From an uncultured Bacillales bacterium (GTDB lineage Bacteria > Bacillota_I > Bacilli_A > RF39 > UBA660): a DNA stretch of 64,000 bases. Each line of letters opens with the position of its first letter. Positions within the stretch are counted from its first letter, which is position 1. Below, in pieces: positions 9,572 through 19,383 of the stretch. The stretch spans positions 1,898 to 65,897 of the forward strand of contig CAMOID010000001.1 of NCBI GenBank assembly GCA_946615975.1, read 5' to 3'. Position numbers and translations under genes: made by a program. Under the pieces are notes generated by a model that saw only the letters and a program-made list of their open reading frames with translations, was not told the DNA's origin and made no database searches.

Positions 9572-9641
9572 TTTTTATTTTCCCCCTCAATTAAAAATAT
9601 ATTCTATTACTAAAAATTAATAATTGCAAATAAAAAATAGG

Positions 9642-10058
9642 CTAATTGCCTATTTTTTTATATAGATTTATACATCCTTCATATATTTCATGATAAACTT
9701 TATCAAATTCACCTGTATACCAAGGATCTTCTATATCTTTTTCTAGTAATTTAATTACTTTATTATTATTTCCAAACATACTATTTAATCTTGAAATATG
9801 ATAATCTTCCATTACTACAATATAATCATTTTCTTCATATTCTTCTTTTGTTATTTTATGAGCAAAATGTTTATCATATTTTATATTATATTTATTTAAT
9901 ATTTCTTTTGCAGGTGGATATATATCATTTCCATATTCTTCATCAGATATACCAGATGAAGTAACAATAAATTTATTGTCTTGATCAATAGTTTTAAATA
10001 TATATTCAGCCATTGGAGATCTACATATATTACCTAAACAAACGAACATTATCTTCAT
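9642..10058 (-). CDS. low-molecular-weight protein-tyrosine phosphatase
   Basis: N-terminal P-loop 'MFVCLGNICRSPMAE' (C-x5-R) and a later catalytic Asp in 'DIEDPW'. Stop codon sits inside a terminator hairpin. Confidence 0.85.
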   Translation of the reverse strand: MKIMFVCLGNICRSPMAEYIFKTIDQDNKFIVTSSGISDEEYGNDIYPPAKEILNKYNIKYDKHFAHKITKEEYEENDYIVVMEDYHISRLNSMFGNNNKVIKLLEKDIEDPWYTGEFDKVYHEIYEGCINLYKKIGN

Positions 10059-11124
10059 TTAAGAAAATCTCCTTAATATCATCTTCTTTTAATTCATATA
10101 ATTTTATTCTTTCATCTAAATCTTTTACTTTTGTAAATCCTAAAGAAATATATACATTTTCTTCAAATTCTGTAATAGCATATCCTAGAATTCCATGGAT
10201 ATATATTCTTTGTCTTTGTTTTTGCTTAATAAAAGATGCTATCTTTCTACATATAAGATTTATAGTTTGATCTTTTTCATATTCTTTTTTTACATTTATA
10301 CTTTCAAATATTAAATATGTTTTTCTATTAGATTTAAATGGAATGATTTTATCTAAATCAATTCTATCTGGCATCTTTCTTGCTCTTCTTAATCTTTCAT
10401 ATTCTTCAGGTACCAAATTTAAATAATTTAAATATCCACATATATCATGTTTATATTTAATTACAAATAATGAATCTTCATTTCTTTTATATACTGCTTT
10501 TTGATATTCATAATCCCAAGTATTTTCTTTACCATATGTTTTAACATCTAAATCATATATTTTTTTAATTGTCTTTTTTGTTAAATATCCATATTTAACA
10601 ATTCTAAATTTAGATATATGCATGATTCTTGAATAACCTAAGAATAATACACTTACATTACATAGAACTACAACAATATCATTAAATGCTCCAACGTAAG
10701 AAAGAATTAAAATATCATATATTGTCCATAGAGTATTAGATACAATGGAACACGCATTTGCTGTTTTTGAATCTCTTGATGTTCCAAATGAATCAATTAA
10801 ACTTCCCAATACTGGAAGACATGCATACCAATGTCTGATTGTTAATAATCCAATTAAGAAGTATACAACTATTGATACTATAAATATTTCTTTATCTTTA
10901 TCCGTTTTATAATATAGAAATGTTTTTATTAATTCAACTAAACATATTAATAAACCTGCATCTGCACCTAACATTAAATATGAAATAACATCAAATACAC
11001 ATACACCAATTTGCACTAATAAAAGTTCATCTATATCTTCTCTAGTATAGCTATATAAAAGTAATAGCCAAGAAATAACACCAAATATTTGTGCAACTAC
11101 AATAATAATTGTTGAAATGTCCAT
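10030..11124 (-). CDS. fusion protein: N-terminal YgjV-like polytopic membrane domain plus C-terminal GNAT-like domain
   Basis: About 170 aa of 5-6 hydrophobic helices resembling the 16124..16693 product. The C-terminal half ('ICGYLNYLNL...IYIHGILGYAITEFEENVYISLGFTKV') is paralogous to the free 166-aa protein at 30316..30816 ('IVGYINYLSI...GINGIAISPDGNKWFNNMGFK'). Confidence 0.5.
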   Translation of the reverse strand: MDISTIIIVVAQIFGVISWLLLLYSYTREDIDELLLVQIGVCVFDVISYLMLGADAGLLICLVELIKTFLYYKTDKDKEIFIVSIVVYFLIGLLTIRHWYACLPVLGSLIDSFGTSRDSKTANACSIVSNTLWTIYDILILSYVGAFNDIVVVLCNVSVLFLGYSRIMHISKFRIVKYGYLTKKTIKKIYDLDVKTYGKENTWDYEYQKAVYKRNEDSLFVIKYKHDICGYLNYLNLVPEEYERLRRARKMPDRIDLDKIIPFKSNRKTYLIFESINVKKEYEKDQTINLICRKIASFIKQKQRQRIYIHGILGYAITEFEENVYISLGFTKVKDLDERIKLYELKEDDIKEIFLNEDNVRLFR

Positions 11125-11182
11125 ATTAATCTATCCTTCTTAAATATTATAAAATAAAAAACAATATTTTCATATTGTTTTT

Positions 11183-11602
11183 TTAGTCTTTTAAAGATGT
11201 TTCACAGTAATGACATCTATAGATTTGATTTTCTCTATCAGTTAATATAAATATTTGATCTAAATCTTTTTCTACAGATGTAATACATCTAGGATTTTTA
11301 CATTTAGCAACATTAACTATTTTTTCAGGTAAGTCTATTTTTTTCTTTTCAATTAATTTTTCATTTTTAACAACATCTACTGTTATATTTGGATCAATAA
11401 ATCCTAATTTATCTAAATCTATATCAATTAATCTATCAATTTTAATTATATCTTTTCTACCCATCTTTTTAGATTTAGCATTTGTAATTAATGCTACTTG
11501 GCAATCTAGATTTGATAAACCTAATTGTTCATATATTTCCATAGCTTTACCAGCTTTTATATGATCTAATACATATCCGTTTTTAATACTATCTATATTC
11601 AT
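11183..11602 (-). CDS. pyrI: aspartate carbamoyltransferase regulatory subunit
   Basis: C-terminal zinc domain 'CKNPRCITS...CHYCE'. Immediately follows pyrB (stop of pyrB at 11604, start of pyrI at 11602). Confidence 0.85.
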   Translation of the reverse strand: MNIDSIKNGYVLDHIKAGKAMEIYEQLGLSNLDCQVALITNAKSKKMGRKDIIKIDRLIDIDLDKLGFIDPNITVDVVKNEKLIEKKKIDLPEKIVNVAKCKNPRCITSVEKDLDQIFILTDRENQIYRCHYCETSLKD

Positions 11603-11603
11603 A

Positions 11604-12515
11604 TTATTTAACTCCTAACATATACATGATTAATGCCATTCTTATATATACCCCATATTCAGCTTGTCTAAAATATGCTGCTCTTGGATCATCATCCACA
11701 TCAGTAGATATTTCATTTACTCTTGGAAGTGGATGCATTATTGTTAAATCATCTTTTGCTGTTTTAAGTTTATCTTTATTTAAAATATAGTAATCTTTTA
11801 ATCTTATATAATCTTGTTCATTGAAGAATCTTTCTTTTTGAACTCTTGTCATATATAAAATATCTAATTCACTCATGTATTCTTCAATATCATTAGTTTC
11901 AATATATTCTACTCCAGATGATTCTAATACTTTAATCATATATTCTGGTAATTTTAATTCATCTGGTGAAATAAGAATAAATTTAATATTCTTATATCTT
12001 AACATTGCATTTATTAGAGAATGTACTGTTCTACCAAATTTTAAATCTCCACATAAACCAATTGTTAAATTATCTAGTCTTCCTTTTTCTTGAGATATTG
12101 TTAAAAGGTCTGTTAGTGTTTGTGTTGGATGATTATGTCCTCCATCACCTGCATTTATAATTGGTACACTTGATTTAACAGATGCAACAAATGGTGCTCC
12201 TTCTTTAGGATGTCTCATAGCAATTACATCTGAATAACCACCTACAACATGAATTGTATCCGCAACTGATTCACCTTTTGAAACAGATGAACTAGATGCT
12301 TCTGAAAAACCTAATACATTTCCTCCAAGTCTTAGCATTGCTGATTCAAATGAAAGTCTAGTTCTAGTACTTGGTTCAAAAAATAAAGTAGCTAAGATTT
12401 TACCATCACATTTGTGGGAATATTTATCCGGTGTTTTGATGATATTTTTAGCTACTTTTATTAAATCATTAATTTCTTCTACGCTTAAATCTTTTATGTC
12501 TATTAAATGTTTCAT
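11604..12515 (-). CDS. pyrB: aspartate carbamoyltransferase catalytic subunit
   Basis: 'STRTRLSFE' carbamoyl-phosphate binding motif and 'HPTQ', also 'HPLP'. Full-length, 303 aa. Confidence 0.95.
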   Translation of the reverse strand: MKHLIDIKDLSVEEINDLIKVAKNIIKTPDKYSHKCDGKILATLFFEPSTRTRLSFESAMLRLGGNVLGFSEASSSSVSKGESVADTIHVVGGYSDVIAMRHPKEGAPFVASVKSSVPIINAGDGGHNHPTQTLTDLLTISQEKGRLDNLTIGLCGDLKFGRTVHSLINAMLRYKNIKFILISPDELKLPEYMIKVLESSGVEYIETNDIEEYMSELDILYMTRVQKERFFNEQDYIRLKDYYILNKDKLKTAKDDLTIMHPLPRVNEISTDVDDDPRAAYFRQAEYGVYIRMALIMYMLGVK

Positions 12516-12584
12516 TTTATATCCTCCTTGATGTCCTAAAACATTATAACAAATATATATTTAAAAATATATAAAAAAAGAAGA

Positions 12585-13391
12585 TTAATTATCTTCTTTC
12601 TTTATTGATCTAAATACTTCAATTACTGAATCATTTACAGGTAATGTTGTAGTAGATGTTTCATCTGTTGTTAATGTATTTGTTTTAATACATTCTCCAT
12701 TTATATTAGTGTATCCTTCAATACAAATAACATCATCATTTTTACTGTTATTAATAGCGGCAATACTATAATTAATAGCAAATATTGCTCCTGCAACTAA
12801 TACTAGAACAATAACTGCTATTAATGAACCTTTGCTAAAAATAATATCTTTTAAAGATGGTTTAGCATCCTCAACATATTCTGGTTTATCAACAATTTGA
12901 ATTTGTCTTGTAGACATTAAGTCTGGTTCAATAAATTCATCATATTTATGTTTGTCTCTTATAACATGTTTTTCAGGATCTTTTTTAGGTAAAGATTTTG
13001 CCTTTTTAACTTCATCAGCTTTTCTAGGTTCTTCAATACTATAAATAAGATCAAATTTTATATTTAGTGATTCATTTTTCTTATCAATTAAATCAATTGA
13101 TTTAACAATGCTTCCATCTTGTGAATAATTAATGTTTTTAATTTCACCTACAACAATTCTGTTAGCGAATTTAACACAGACTTTGTCTTTAGTTTCTTCT
13201 ACCTGTTTCTTTAGGTCATCATAAAAATCATCTATGACATCTAATATAAAGTCATAGTCTACATCTTCTAAAATTAATCTCATTCTTTGAAACATATCAT
13301 CATTCATTTTATATGAATAATTTTCAGGAAATTTAATTCCTCTAGATTCAAGGAAATCAATATAATCTTTTAATATAACTTTTAGATTCAT
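12585..13391 (-). CDS. bitopic membrane protein: cytoplasmic acidic N-domain, TM, short extracellular Cys-motif tail
   Basis: Start moved to ATG 13391 (RBS GGGTGGA). TM 'LIAVIVLVLVAGAIFAI'. C-terminal 'CIEGYTNINGECIKT' matches a motif repeated in the 43443..44105 product. Confidence 0.55.
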   Translation of the reverse strand: MNLKVILKDYIDFLESRGIKFPENYSYKMNDDMFQRMRLILEDVDYDFILDVIDDFYDDLKKQVEETKDKVCVKFANRIVVGEIKNINYSQDGSIVKSIDLIDKKNESLNIKFDLIYSIEEPRKADEVKKAKSLPKKDPEKHVIRDKHKYDEFIEPDLMSTRQIQIVDKPEYVEDAKPSLKDIIFSKGSLIAVIVLVLVAGAIFAINYSIAAINNSKNDDVICIEGYTNINGECIKTNTLTTDETSTTTLPVNDSVIEVFRSIKKEDN

Positions 13392-13443
13392 ATTATCCAC
13401 CCTATTAATAATATACCATTTTTTCAAACATTTTAAAAGGGAA

Positions 13444-13875
13444 TTAGTAGTTCATTCCCTTAAATAAATCAGATTTAATATCTATTATATCTATAATAGA
13501 TATCTTAGTATTATCATTTAATAATAAATAATTATCAAATATGTTTATTTTTTTAACAATACCTTCTACTTCAACATATTTTCCACCTTGCTTTTTTGAA
13601 TCTTTTATAAAATATGTTATTTGTACAAAAGGTTTATTTTTTATATTCATATCTATAATATTTAATTTATTTGATAATATTTCTTTTAATCCATCATCTA
13701 TTTCAATTCTTCTATCTGTTAATCTTGCTGTTTCTTTAACATCTTCATCTAATCCTGTTAATGCTGAAAAAGGTGCAAATTGTGCTGCTTTTTGTTCTCT
13801 AGATAAATGAGGATGTTTACTAGAAACATGATGTGGAAGATTAATGATATCTGAATATTTAAGTTGTGCATTCAT
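13444..13875 (-). CDS. YolD-like protein (UmuD-equivalent accessory of Firmicutes Y-family polymerases)
   Basis: 143 aa. Translationally coupled to the polymerase gene upstream (4-nt overlap). In Bacilli, YolD-like proteins accompany UvrX/YqjW-type polymerases. Confidence 0.6.
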   Translation of the reverse strand: MNAQLKYSDIINLPHHVSSKHPHLSREQKAAQFAPFSALTGLDEDVKETARLTDRRIEIDDGLKEILSNKLNIIDMNIKNKPFVQITYFIKDSKKQGGKYVEVEGIVKKINIFDNYLLLNDNTKISIIDIIDIKSDLFKGMNY

Positions 13876-15368
13876 CCTCGATGTCCTCCTACTCCTTCAT
13901 TTCTTTGAATTGTTGTTGCAGCTTCTTCTAAATTCATTCCTTTTAATATTGCATTTTTACCATATTTCTTTTTTATATCTAACATTGCATGTTGAAGGTC
14001 TCGCTCTTTTATTTCTTTTTTACGTTCTTCTTTAATCTTTTTATTTATAGATTCATAGTCAGTAAATAAATCAAATTGTTGTATTGTAGGTGTATTATCT
14101 TCTACTGTATCTTCACTTACAACTTTATTAGCACATATATTTATTCTTCTAACAAATAATCTAAAATCTATAATTCTATCATATAATTCTAAAATTTTAT
14201 CAGTTATGATTTTAGTACTACTTGTTTTATGATCTATATTTATTGTTCCATGTGCATGTTTAGGAACTGGTCTACCATAGAAGTCTGTTGTAATTTCTCC
14301 ATCATATATTCTTTTTATTTTAGGATCTGTTAAATTAATAATGTCATATCCTATATCTAATACTATTTGATCTGTTACTAATCTTTTATCAACTAAATCT
14401 AATGATAAAAGATCAGACATTTCTCTTAATATTAATTTTGTTTCTTTATAATTATATGGTCTATGAAGAACTTGTCCTGATGAAATACTATTAAATGTTG
14501 GTTTATATTTTTTAATATCTTCAAAGTTTGTATCTTCATATCCCCATGCATGATCTATAAGTGTTTCTGCATTTACTCCAAATAATTTATATAATAAATC
14601 TTCATTATAATGAGAACATTCTGCAACATCACCCATTGTATACATATTATGTTCTTCTAATCTTTTAGCATATCCTCTTCCTACTCTCCAAAAGTCAGTA
14701 ATAGGTCTATGTGTCCATAAAATATTTCTATATGATTGTTCATCTAATTCAGCTATTCTAACACCAAATTCATTTGCGTCTACATGTTTAGCTACTATAT
14801 CCATTGCTACTTTTGCTAAATACATATTAGTTCCTATTCCAGCAGTTGCAGTTATACCTGTTGTTTTATATACATCTTGGATCATCTTAGTAACTAATTC
14901 TCTTGCACTCATTTTATAATATTCTAAGTAATGTGTAACATCTATAAACACTTCATCTACTGAATAAACATATATATCATCTCTAGAAATATATTTTAAA
15001 TATATATTATAAATATCTGTAGAATATTTCATATATAATCTCATACGTGGAGTTGCAATTATATAATCTAATTCTTTTGTATTATCATTTTTTAATTCTT
15101 CATCTGAATATGATTTACCTTTAAATTTTTTACATATTTTTAATCTATCTTTGTTGATTTCTTTTACTTTTTGAACAACTTCATATAATCTAGATCTACC
15201 AGATAAACCATATTGTTTTAAACTTGGAGTAACAGCTAAACATATTGTCTTTTCTGTTCTTGATGAATCTGCTACTACTAAATTAGTATCTAAAGGATTT
15301 AATCCTCTTTCAACACACTCTACTGAGGCATAAAAACTTTTTAAATCAATACACATATATGTTTTCAT
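13872..15368 (-). CDS. Y-family DNA polymerase (UvrX/YqjW/DinB-UmuC family, translesion synthesis)
   Basis: N-terminal 'CIDLKSFYASVEC' corresponds to the DxDxFFAxxE palm motif. 498 aa with the YolD-like gene downstream. RBS GGAGG. Confidence 0.85.
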   Translation of the reverse strand: MKTYMCIDLKSFYASVECVERGLNPLDTNLVVADSSRTEKTICLAVTPSLKQYGLSGRSRLYEVVQKVKEINKDRLKICKKFKGKSYSDEELKNDNTKELDYIIATPRMRLYMKYSTDIYNIYLKYISRDDIYVYSVDEVFIDVTHYLEYYKMSARELVTKMIQDVYKTTGITATAGIGTNMYLAKVAMDIVAKHVDANEFGVRIAELDEQSYRNILWTHRPITDFWRVGRGYAKRLEEHNMYTMGDVAECSHYNEDLLYKLFGVNAETLIDHAWGYEDTNFEDIKKYKPTFNSISSGQVLHRPYNYKETKLILREMSDLLSLDLVDKRLVTDQIVLDIGYDIINLTDPKIKRIYDGEITTDFYGRPVPKHAHGTINIDHKTSSTKIITDKILELYDRIIDFRLFVRRINICANKVVSEDTVEDNTPTIQQFDLFTDYESINKKIKEERKKEIKERDLQHAMLDIKKKYGKNAILKGMNLEEAATTIQRNEGVGGHRG

Positions 15369-15386
15369 ATTTATACCTCCAAATAA

Positions 15387-15415
15387 ATTATATCAAACAC
15401 TTGTACGTGTATCAA
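15387..15415 (-). promoter_or_regulatory. near-consensus sigma-A promoter (TTGATA-N17-TATAAT) for the polymerase/YolD operon, with an imperfect dyad in the spacer
   Basis: Minus-strand sequence TTGATA CACGTACAAGTGTTTGA TATAAT. The spacer contains ACACGTACAAGTGT. No GAAC-N4-GTTC Cheo box is present. Confidence 0.55.
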
Positions 15416-15440
15416 GATATAAAAAAACATAACCGTAAAG

Positions 15441-16037
15441 TTATATTTTTATCTTCTTTTTAATTTCAAATAATGTGAATGTAATAACTATAACTGCTAT
15501 TGCAATTCCTACAAATGATACTAAAGTAGAAACAATTGAATGTTCATATACTTGGAAAAATGAATATGGACCATCCATTACTTTTAAGATATTTAATAAG
15601 AACATTATCAATCCATATACAAATGTAAATATTGGAGCTTTAAACATTATATTATTTTTATGTGATCTATATTTTTCAAAAAATAAATAACTAATTAATG
15701 ATATTATTGGACATAAAGTATGAAATATTAAGAATTCATTATGAATCATCATTTCATATAAACCATAATCATTTGATAATATAAATAGAGTTATAAAGAA
15801 AGTTAATACTAAGTTTAATGTAGCAGTAAATCTAAATAAGTGAAGTGTCTTAGTTGCAGACTTTCCACTTAAATAATAAAGTACAAACATTATTGAACTT
15901 ACTAAACATATAAAGTTACTATCTTCTGTATAATATGCTGGTGATAATGGATCATTAGTATTATATGTAATAATGAAACCAATTATTTCGAAAATAATTA
16001 ATAAAACATTTAATATTAATGCTACCTTCTTTTTCAT
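15441..16037 (-). CDS. polytopic membrane protein of unknown function (198 aa)
   Basis: Five or six hydrophobic helices. No motif recognised. Confidence 0.5.
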   Translation of the reverse strand: MKKKVALILNVLLIIFEIIGFIITYNTNDPLSPAYYTEDSNFICLVSSIMFVLYYLSGKSATKTLHLFRFTATLNLVLTFFITLFILSNDYGLYEMMIHNEFLIFHTLCPIISLISYLFFEKYRSHKNNIMFKAPIFTFVYGLIMFLLNILKVMDGPYSFFQVYEHSIVSTLVSFVGIAIAVIVITFTLFEIKKKIKI

Positions 16038-16123
16038 AAATATTACCTCTATTATATTTTATCACTGATATATAACTAACTATTAAAATTGTTAAAAAAT
16101 AAATGTAAACATGTAAAAAGCAA

Positions 16124-16693
16124 CTATTTTTTAGTTGCTTTCTTTTTGGTTTTTTTTATTTGTTTATTATCTATTTCTTTAAATCTAACTATAGATATTA
16201 CAGCTGATATTATTTCTAATGCATTTCCTATTAATATAATATATGCTCCTACATATAAATTGTAACAGCCCCATAAGAATCCACATAATACCATGACATA
16301 TCTAATCCATTTAGGATTTTTAAAATAAGTAGATACAAATAATATTATATTTATTATTAATGGTAGTAATGATCCAGGTCCATCATAGAATATAAAAGTA
16401 AATACAAATAATAAAAATATAAATGTTGCTAATATAATTACAGGTATTTTTTTCTTCTTATTTTCATATCCTATAAATATAATATCTTTTGTTTCTTCCA
16501 ATATTTCAATACTAACTCCAGCCCATGCACCTTTTATAACATATATTATTAAATAACTTATTGATGCAAATATTTGAGTTATTAAAATATTTTTCTTGTC
16601 TTTAAATTGAACAGACATTATATATAAGAATATCGATAGTATTGATACTAATACATATACTGAGTTAACAAAACTCGCTGGCATATTAATCAC
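16124..16693 (-). CDS. YgjV-like inner-membrane protein
   Basis: Polytopic, 189 aa, basic C-terminal tail. Resembles the N-terminal domain of the 10030..11124 product. Confidence 0.55.
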   Translation of the reverse strand: MINMPASFVNSVYVLVSILSIFLYIMSVQFKDKKNILITQIFASISYLIIYVIKGAWAGVSIEILEETKDIIFIGYENKKKKIPVIILATFIFLLFVFTFIFYDGPGSLLPLIINIILFVSTYFKNPKWIRYVMVLCGFLWGCYNLYVGAYIILIGNALEIISAVISIVRFKEIDNKQIKKTKKKATKK

Positions 16694-16725
16694 CCTTTTA
16701 TTCTATTAATATTATAACAAATAAA

Positions 16726-16751
16726 AAGATATTATTTATTAATAATATCTT
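16726..16751 (-). terminator. rho-independent terminator after the prs-like gene
   Basis: AAGATATTATT-TATT-AATAATATCTT hairpin followed on the minus strand by TTTTTATTT. Confidence 0.65.
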
Positions 16752-16800
16752 CTATTTACACATATTAATTTTAATTAGCTAATATTATATTTAGATAGTA

Positions 16801-17889
16801 TTATTTTTTACTATCTTTTAATAATCTTAATTTCTTATATACCTCACATTTATTTCTATGTAATGGTTCTATAGATTCACCTTTATTTAATCTATTTATA
16901 ATATCTGCTATCATTTCTGAACAATCTACTGAATTAAACCAAGGTTGATCTTTTATATTTTGTGGTACATATGATACATTAGTAGAATATATTGTATCAA
17001 ATAATCCTTGATTATATGCATTTTCAAACATCTTTGTTCCTTCAGTAAATAAAGCAAATGTTGTACATATAAATACTTTTTTAGAACCTCGTTCTTTTAA
17101 CATATCACATACATCTAATACAGATGCTCCAGATGAAATCATATCATCAACTATTAATATATTTTTACCTTTAACATCAGGTCCTAGATATAAATGTTCA
17201 ACAATTGGATTTTTTCCATCTACTACTTTTTCATAGTCTCTTCTTTTATAGAAACAACCAACATCGCATCCAATCATTTCTGAATAATAACGAGCTCGAT
17301 CCATTGCGCCAAAGTCTGGTGCAATTATTAACATATCAGATATATCTTCATGTTCATTTTCATATAGTGATTGAATAATTCTACTTGTAGGGTAAAAGTT
17401 TTCAAATGATAATGTAGGTACTGCATTTGCTATTGATGGTGCATGTGCATCAAATGTAATTAAAGATTTAATTCCTAATCTTTCTACTTCTTGAAGTGCT
17501 ACAGCACAATCAAGAGATTCTCTTCCTTTTCTTTTATCTTGTCTAGATTCATATAGAAGTGGCATTACTAAATTTACTCTTTGAGCATGTCCTGATGTTG
17601 CGGCTATTACTCTTTTCATATCTTGAAAATGTTCATCTGGACTCATGTAATGAATTCTATCATGCATTTTATATTCTTTATCATAGTTTCCTATATCTCC
17701 AAGAATATAAACATCTGAATCTCTTACAGAATCTAATAACTCTATTTTACCTTCTCCATTTGAAAATCTTGATTCTTTTGTTTTCACTCTATAATCTGTA
17801 TCAGTATCTCTTATAGCATTTAGATATCTGTTAACATCTAAACCTAAATCTTCAGCACTATCTAATACAATTAATTTTAAATCAGCCAT
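16801..17889 (-). CDS. ribose-phosphate pyrophosphokinase family protein, divergent with an insertion and a C-terminal extension
   Basis: 'FSNGE' (cf. Prs FSDGE), 'RQDKRK', 'FDAHA' and the PRPP-binding loop 'ILIVDDMISSGASV'. About 50 aa longer than canonical Prs. Start moved to ATG 17889 (RBS AAGGTAGGGTG). Confidence 0.7.
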   Translation of the reverse strand: MADLKLIVLDSAEDLGLDVNRYLNAIRDTDTDYRVKTKESRFSNGEGKIELLDSVRDSDVYILGDIGNYDKEYKMHDRIHYMSPDEHFQDMKRVIAATSGHAQRVNLVMPLLYESRQDKRKGRESLDCAVALQEVERLGIKSLITFDAHAPSIANAVPTLSFENFYPTSRIIQSLYENEHEDISDMLIIAPDFGAMDRARYYSEMIGCDVGCFYKRRDYEKVVDGKNPIVEHLYLGPDVKGKNILIVDDMISSGASVLDVCDMLKERGSKKVFICTTFALFTEGTKMFENAYNQGLFDTIYSTNVSYVPQNIKDQPWFNSVDCSEMIADIINRLNKGESIEPLHRNKCEVYKKLRLLKDSKK

Positions 17890-17957
17890 AAACACACCCT
17901 ACCTTCATTTACTATTATAACATGGCAAAATAAAATATGATATAATGTTTACGGTGA

Positions 17958-18836
17958 GTGTATATGATTTTTAATACGGTTAAGAAATCTGAGAAATTAT
18001 TAAATAATTTATATGAAGTATTAGTTCAAAAATCATTTGAATATGATAATACTAAAGAAAAATATAATGAATTAGAAATGTTATTTAATAAGTATTATGA
18101 TCTAAGACATAAATTAGAAAAGAAAACTGGGAAAAGTTATTATAGAAGTTTTGATGGTGTTCCTATATATGTAGCTCAATATAAACCAAGTATAAATGAT
18201 ATAGATGAAGAAGTACTTAAAAATATATCAAAGCCTAAAAAAGCATATACACAAGAAGAAGCTGATAGCTTATTAAAATGGACTGTTAATAATACAAGAA
18301 AAAATATTGAATTAGAATGTAGATCAACAATAGATAAAATAAATACAGTAGGTTTATGTGGTTTTTCTCAATTTAGTACTTTATATCCTCTTCAACAATT
18401 AGGATTAAAAGTTACATATAATAATGTTGGTCAATTAGGAATAGAATATAGACATGCATTTGGTACTGTAACTATTCCTATCATTCAAGAAGATAAAACA
18501 ATTATTGATAAAACATATTTGATTGATGTAACTTATTCTCAATTTTTTACATTAGATAATAATGTTAAAAATTGTGATGAACCAATGGCGGGATATTTTA
18601 TGATTCAAGATGCTGAAACTAAAGAGTTTGCAGAACAATTATTAAAAGATGGTTATATAGAATGTGATGAAAATAATCTATATAAATATATATATGGATT
18701 TAGTTTAGTAACTAATAAAGAAATTAAAGATATAGATATAATATTTAAAGAAGAAGATCATACAAGTTATACTAAAGATGAATTTGATAGATTAGGTTAT
18801 AATTTAGAAATAGAACAAAATAAAAAGAAACTTTAA
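17958..18836 (+). CDS. cytoplasmic protein with a transglutaminase-like (papain-fold) Cys-His-Asp core
   Basis: 'GLCGFSQFS' (Cys), 'YRHAFGTV' (HA[WF]) and 'YLIDVTYSQ' (D-x-T) occur in the spacing and order expected for transglutaminase-like domains. The true start may be ATG 17964. Confidence 0.5.
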   Translation: MYMIFNTVKKSEKLLNNLYEVLVQKSFEYDNTKEKYNELEMLFNKYYDLRHKLEKKTGKSYYRSFDGVPIYVAQYKPSINDIDEEVLKNISKPKKAYTQEEADSLLKWTVNNTRKNIELECRSTIDKINTVGLCGFSQFSTLYPLQQLGLKVTYNNVGQLGIEYRHAFGTVTIPIIQEDKTIIDKTYLIDVTYSQFFTLDNNVKNCDEPMAGYFMIQDAETKEFAEQLLKDGYIECDENNLYKYIYGFSLVTNKEIKDIDIIFKEEDHTSYTKDEFDRLGYNLEIEQNKKKL

Positions 18837-18846
18837 GTTTCTTTTT

Positions 18847-19383
18847 TTATCTTAATTTACCCAATTCCATATTATAGTAATTAAATTTATTAGCTAATAT
18901 ATTAGATATATTAACATTCATTATAAATTTTTCATATGTAATACCAAATGAATTTGTTTTTTCATATTGTCTTGGATACATCATATCATTTATTACATAT
19001 AATATGTTATTTAATATAATTCTTTTAGTATTAGTATCTGATATTTGAGTATATAAGAATTCATATACCTCTAAAATATTATTCATTCTAGATAAATGTA
19101 GATTAATAGCAGATAAAGCATATTGATTACCATTCATATAATAACCACGACATTTATTTTCTACATTTTTAACAAATTCTAATGCTGTAGAGACTTTTTC
19201 GCTTCTTACATTTTCATTTTCTTTAATATCTTTTATTAATGATGTAGTAATATTAGAAAAATTTAAATTAATATAATCATTAAAATTTTTAATAGCATTT
19301 GATAAATTATCTACTACTTTCTTAGTAGTTTTTTTAATTACTTTCTTTTCTGTTGTTGTTTCTTCTTTTTTAGTTCTTGGCAT
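18847..19383 (-). CDS. hypothetical protein with a Lys/Thr-rich basic N-terminal tail
   Basis: 'MPRTKKEETTTEKKVIKKTTKK...'. Overlaps the upstream phosphatidyltransferase gene by 14 nt. Confidence 0.45.
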   Translation of the reverse strand: MPRTKKEETTTEKKVIKKTTKKVVDNLSNAIKNFNDYINLNFSNITTSLIKDIKENENVRSEKVSTALEFVKNVENKCRGYYMNGNQYALSAINLHLSRMNNILEVYEFLYTQISDTNTKRIILNNILYVINDMMYPRQYEKTNSFGITYEKFIMNVNISNILANKFNYYNMELGKLR

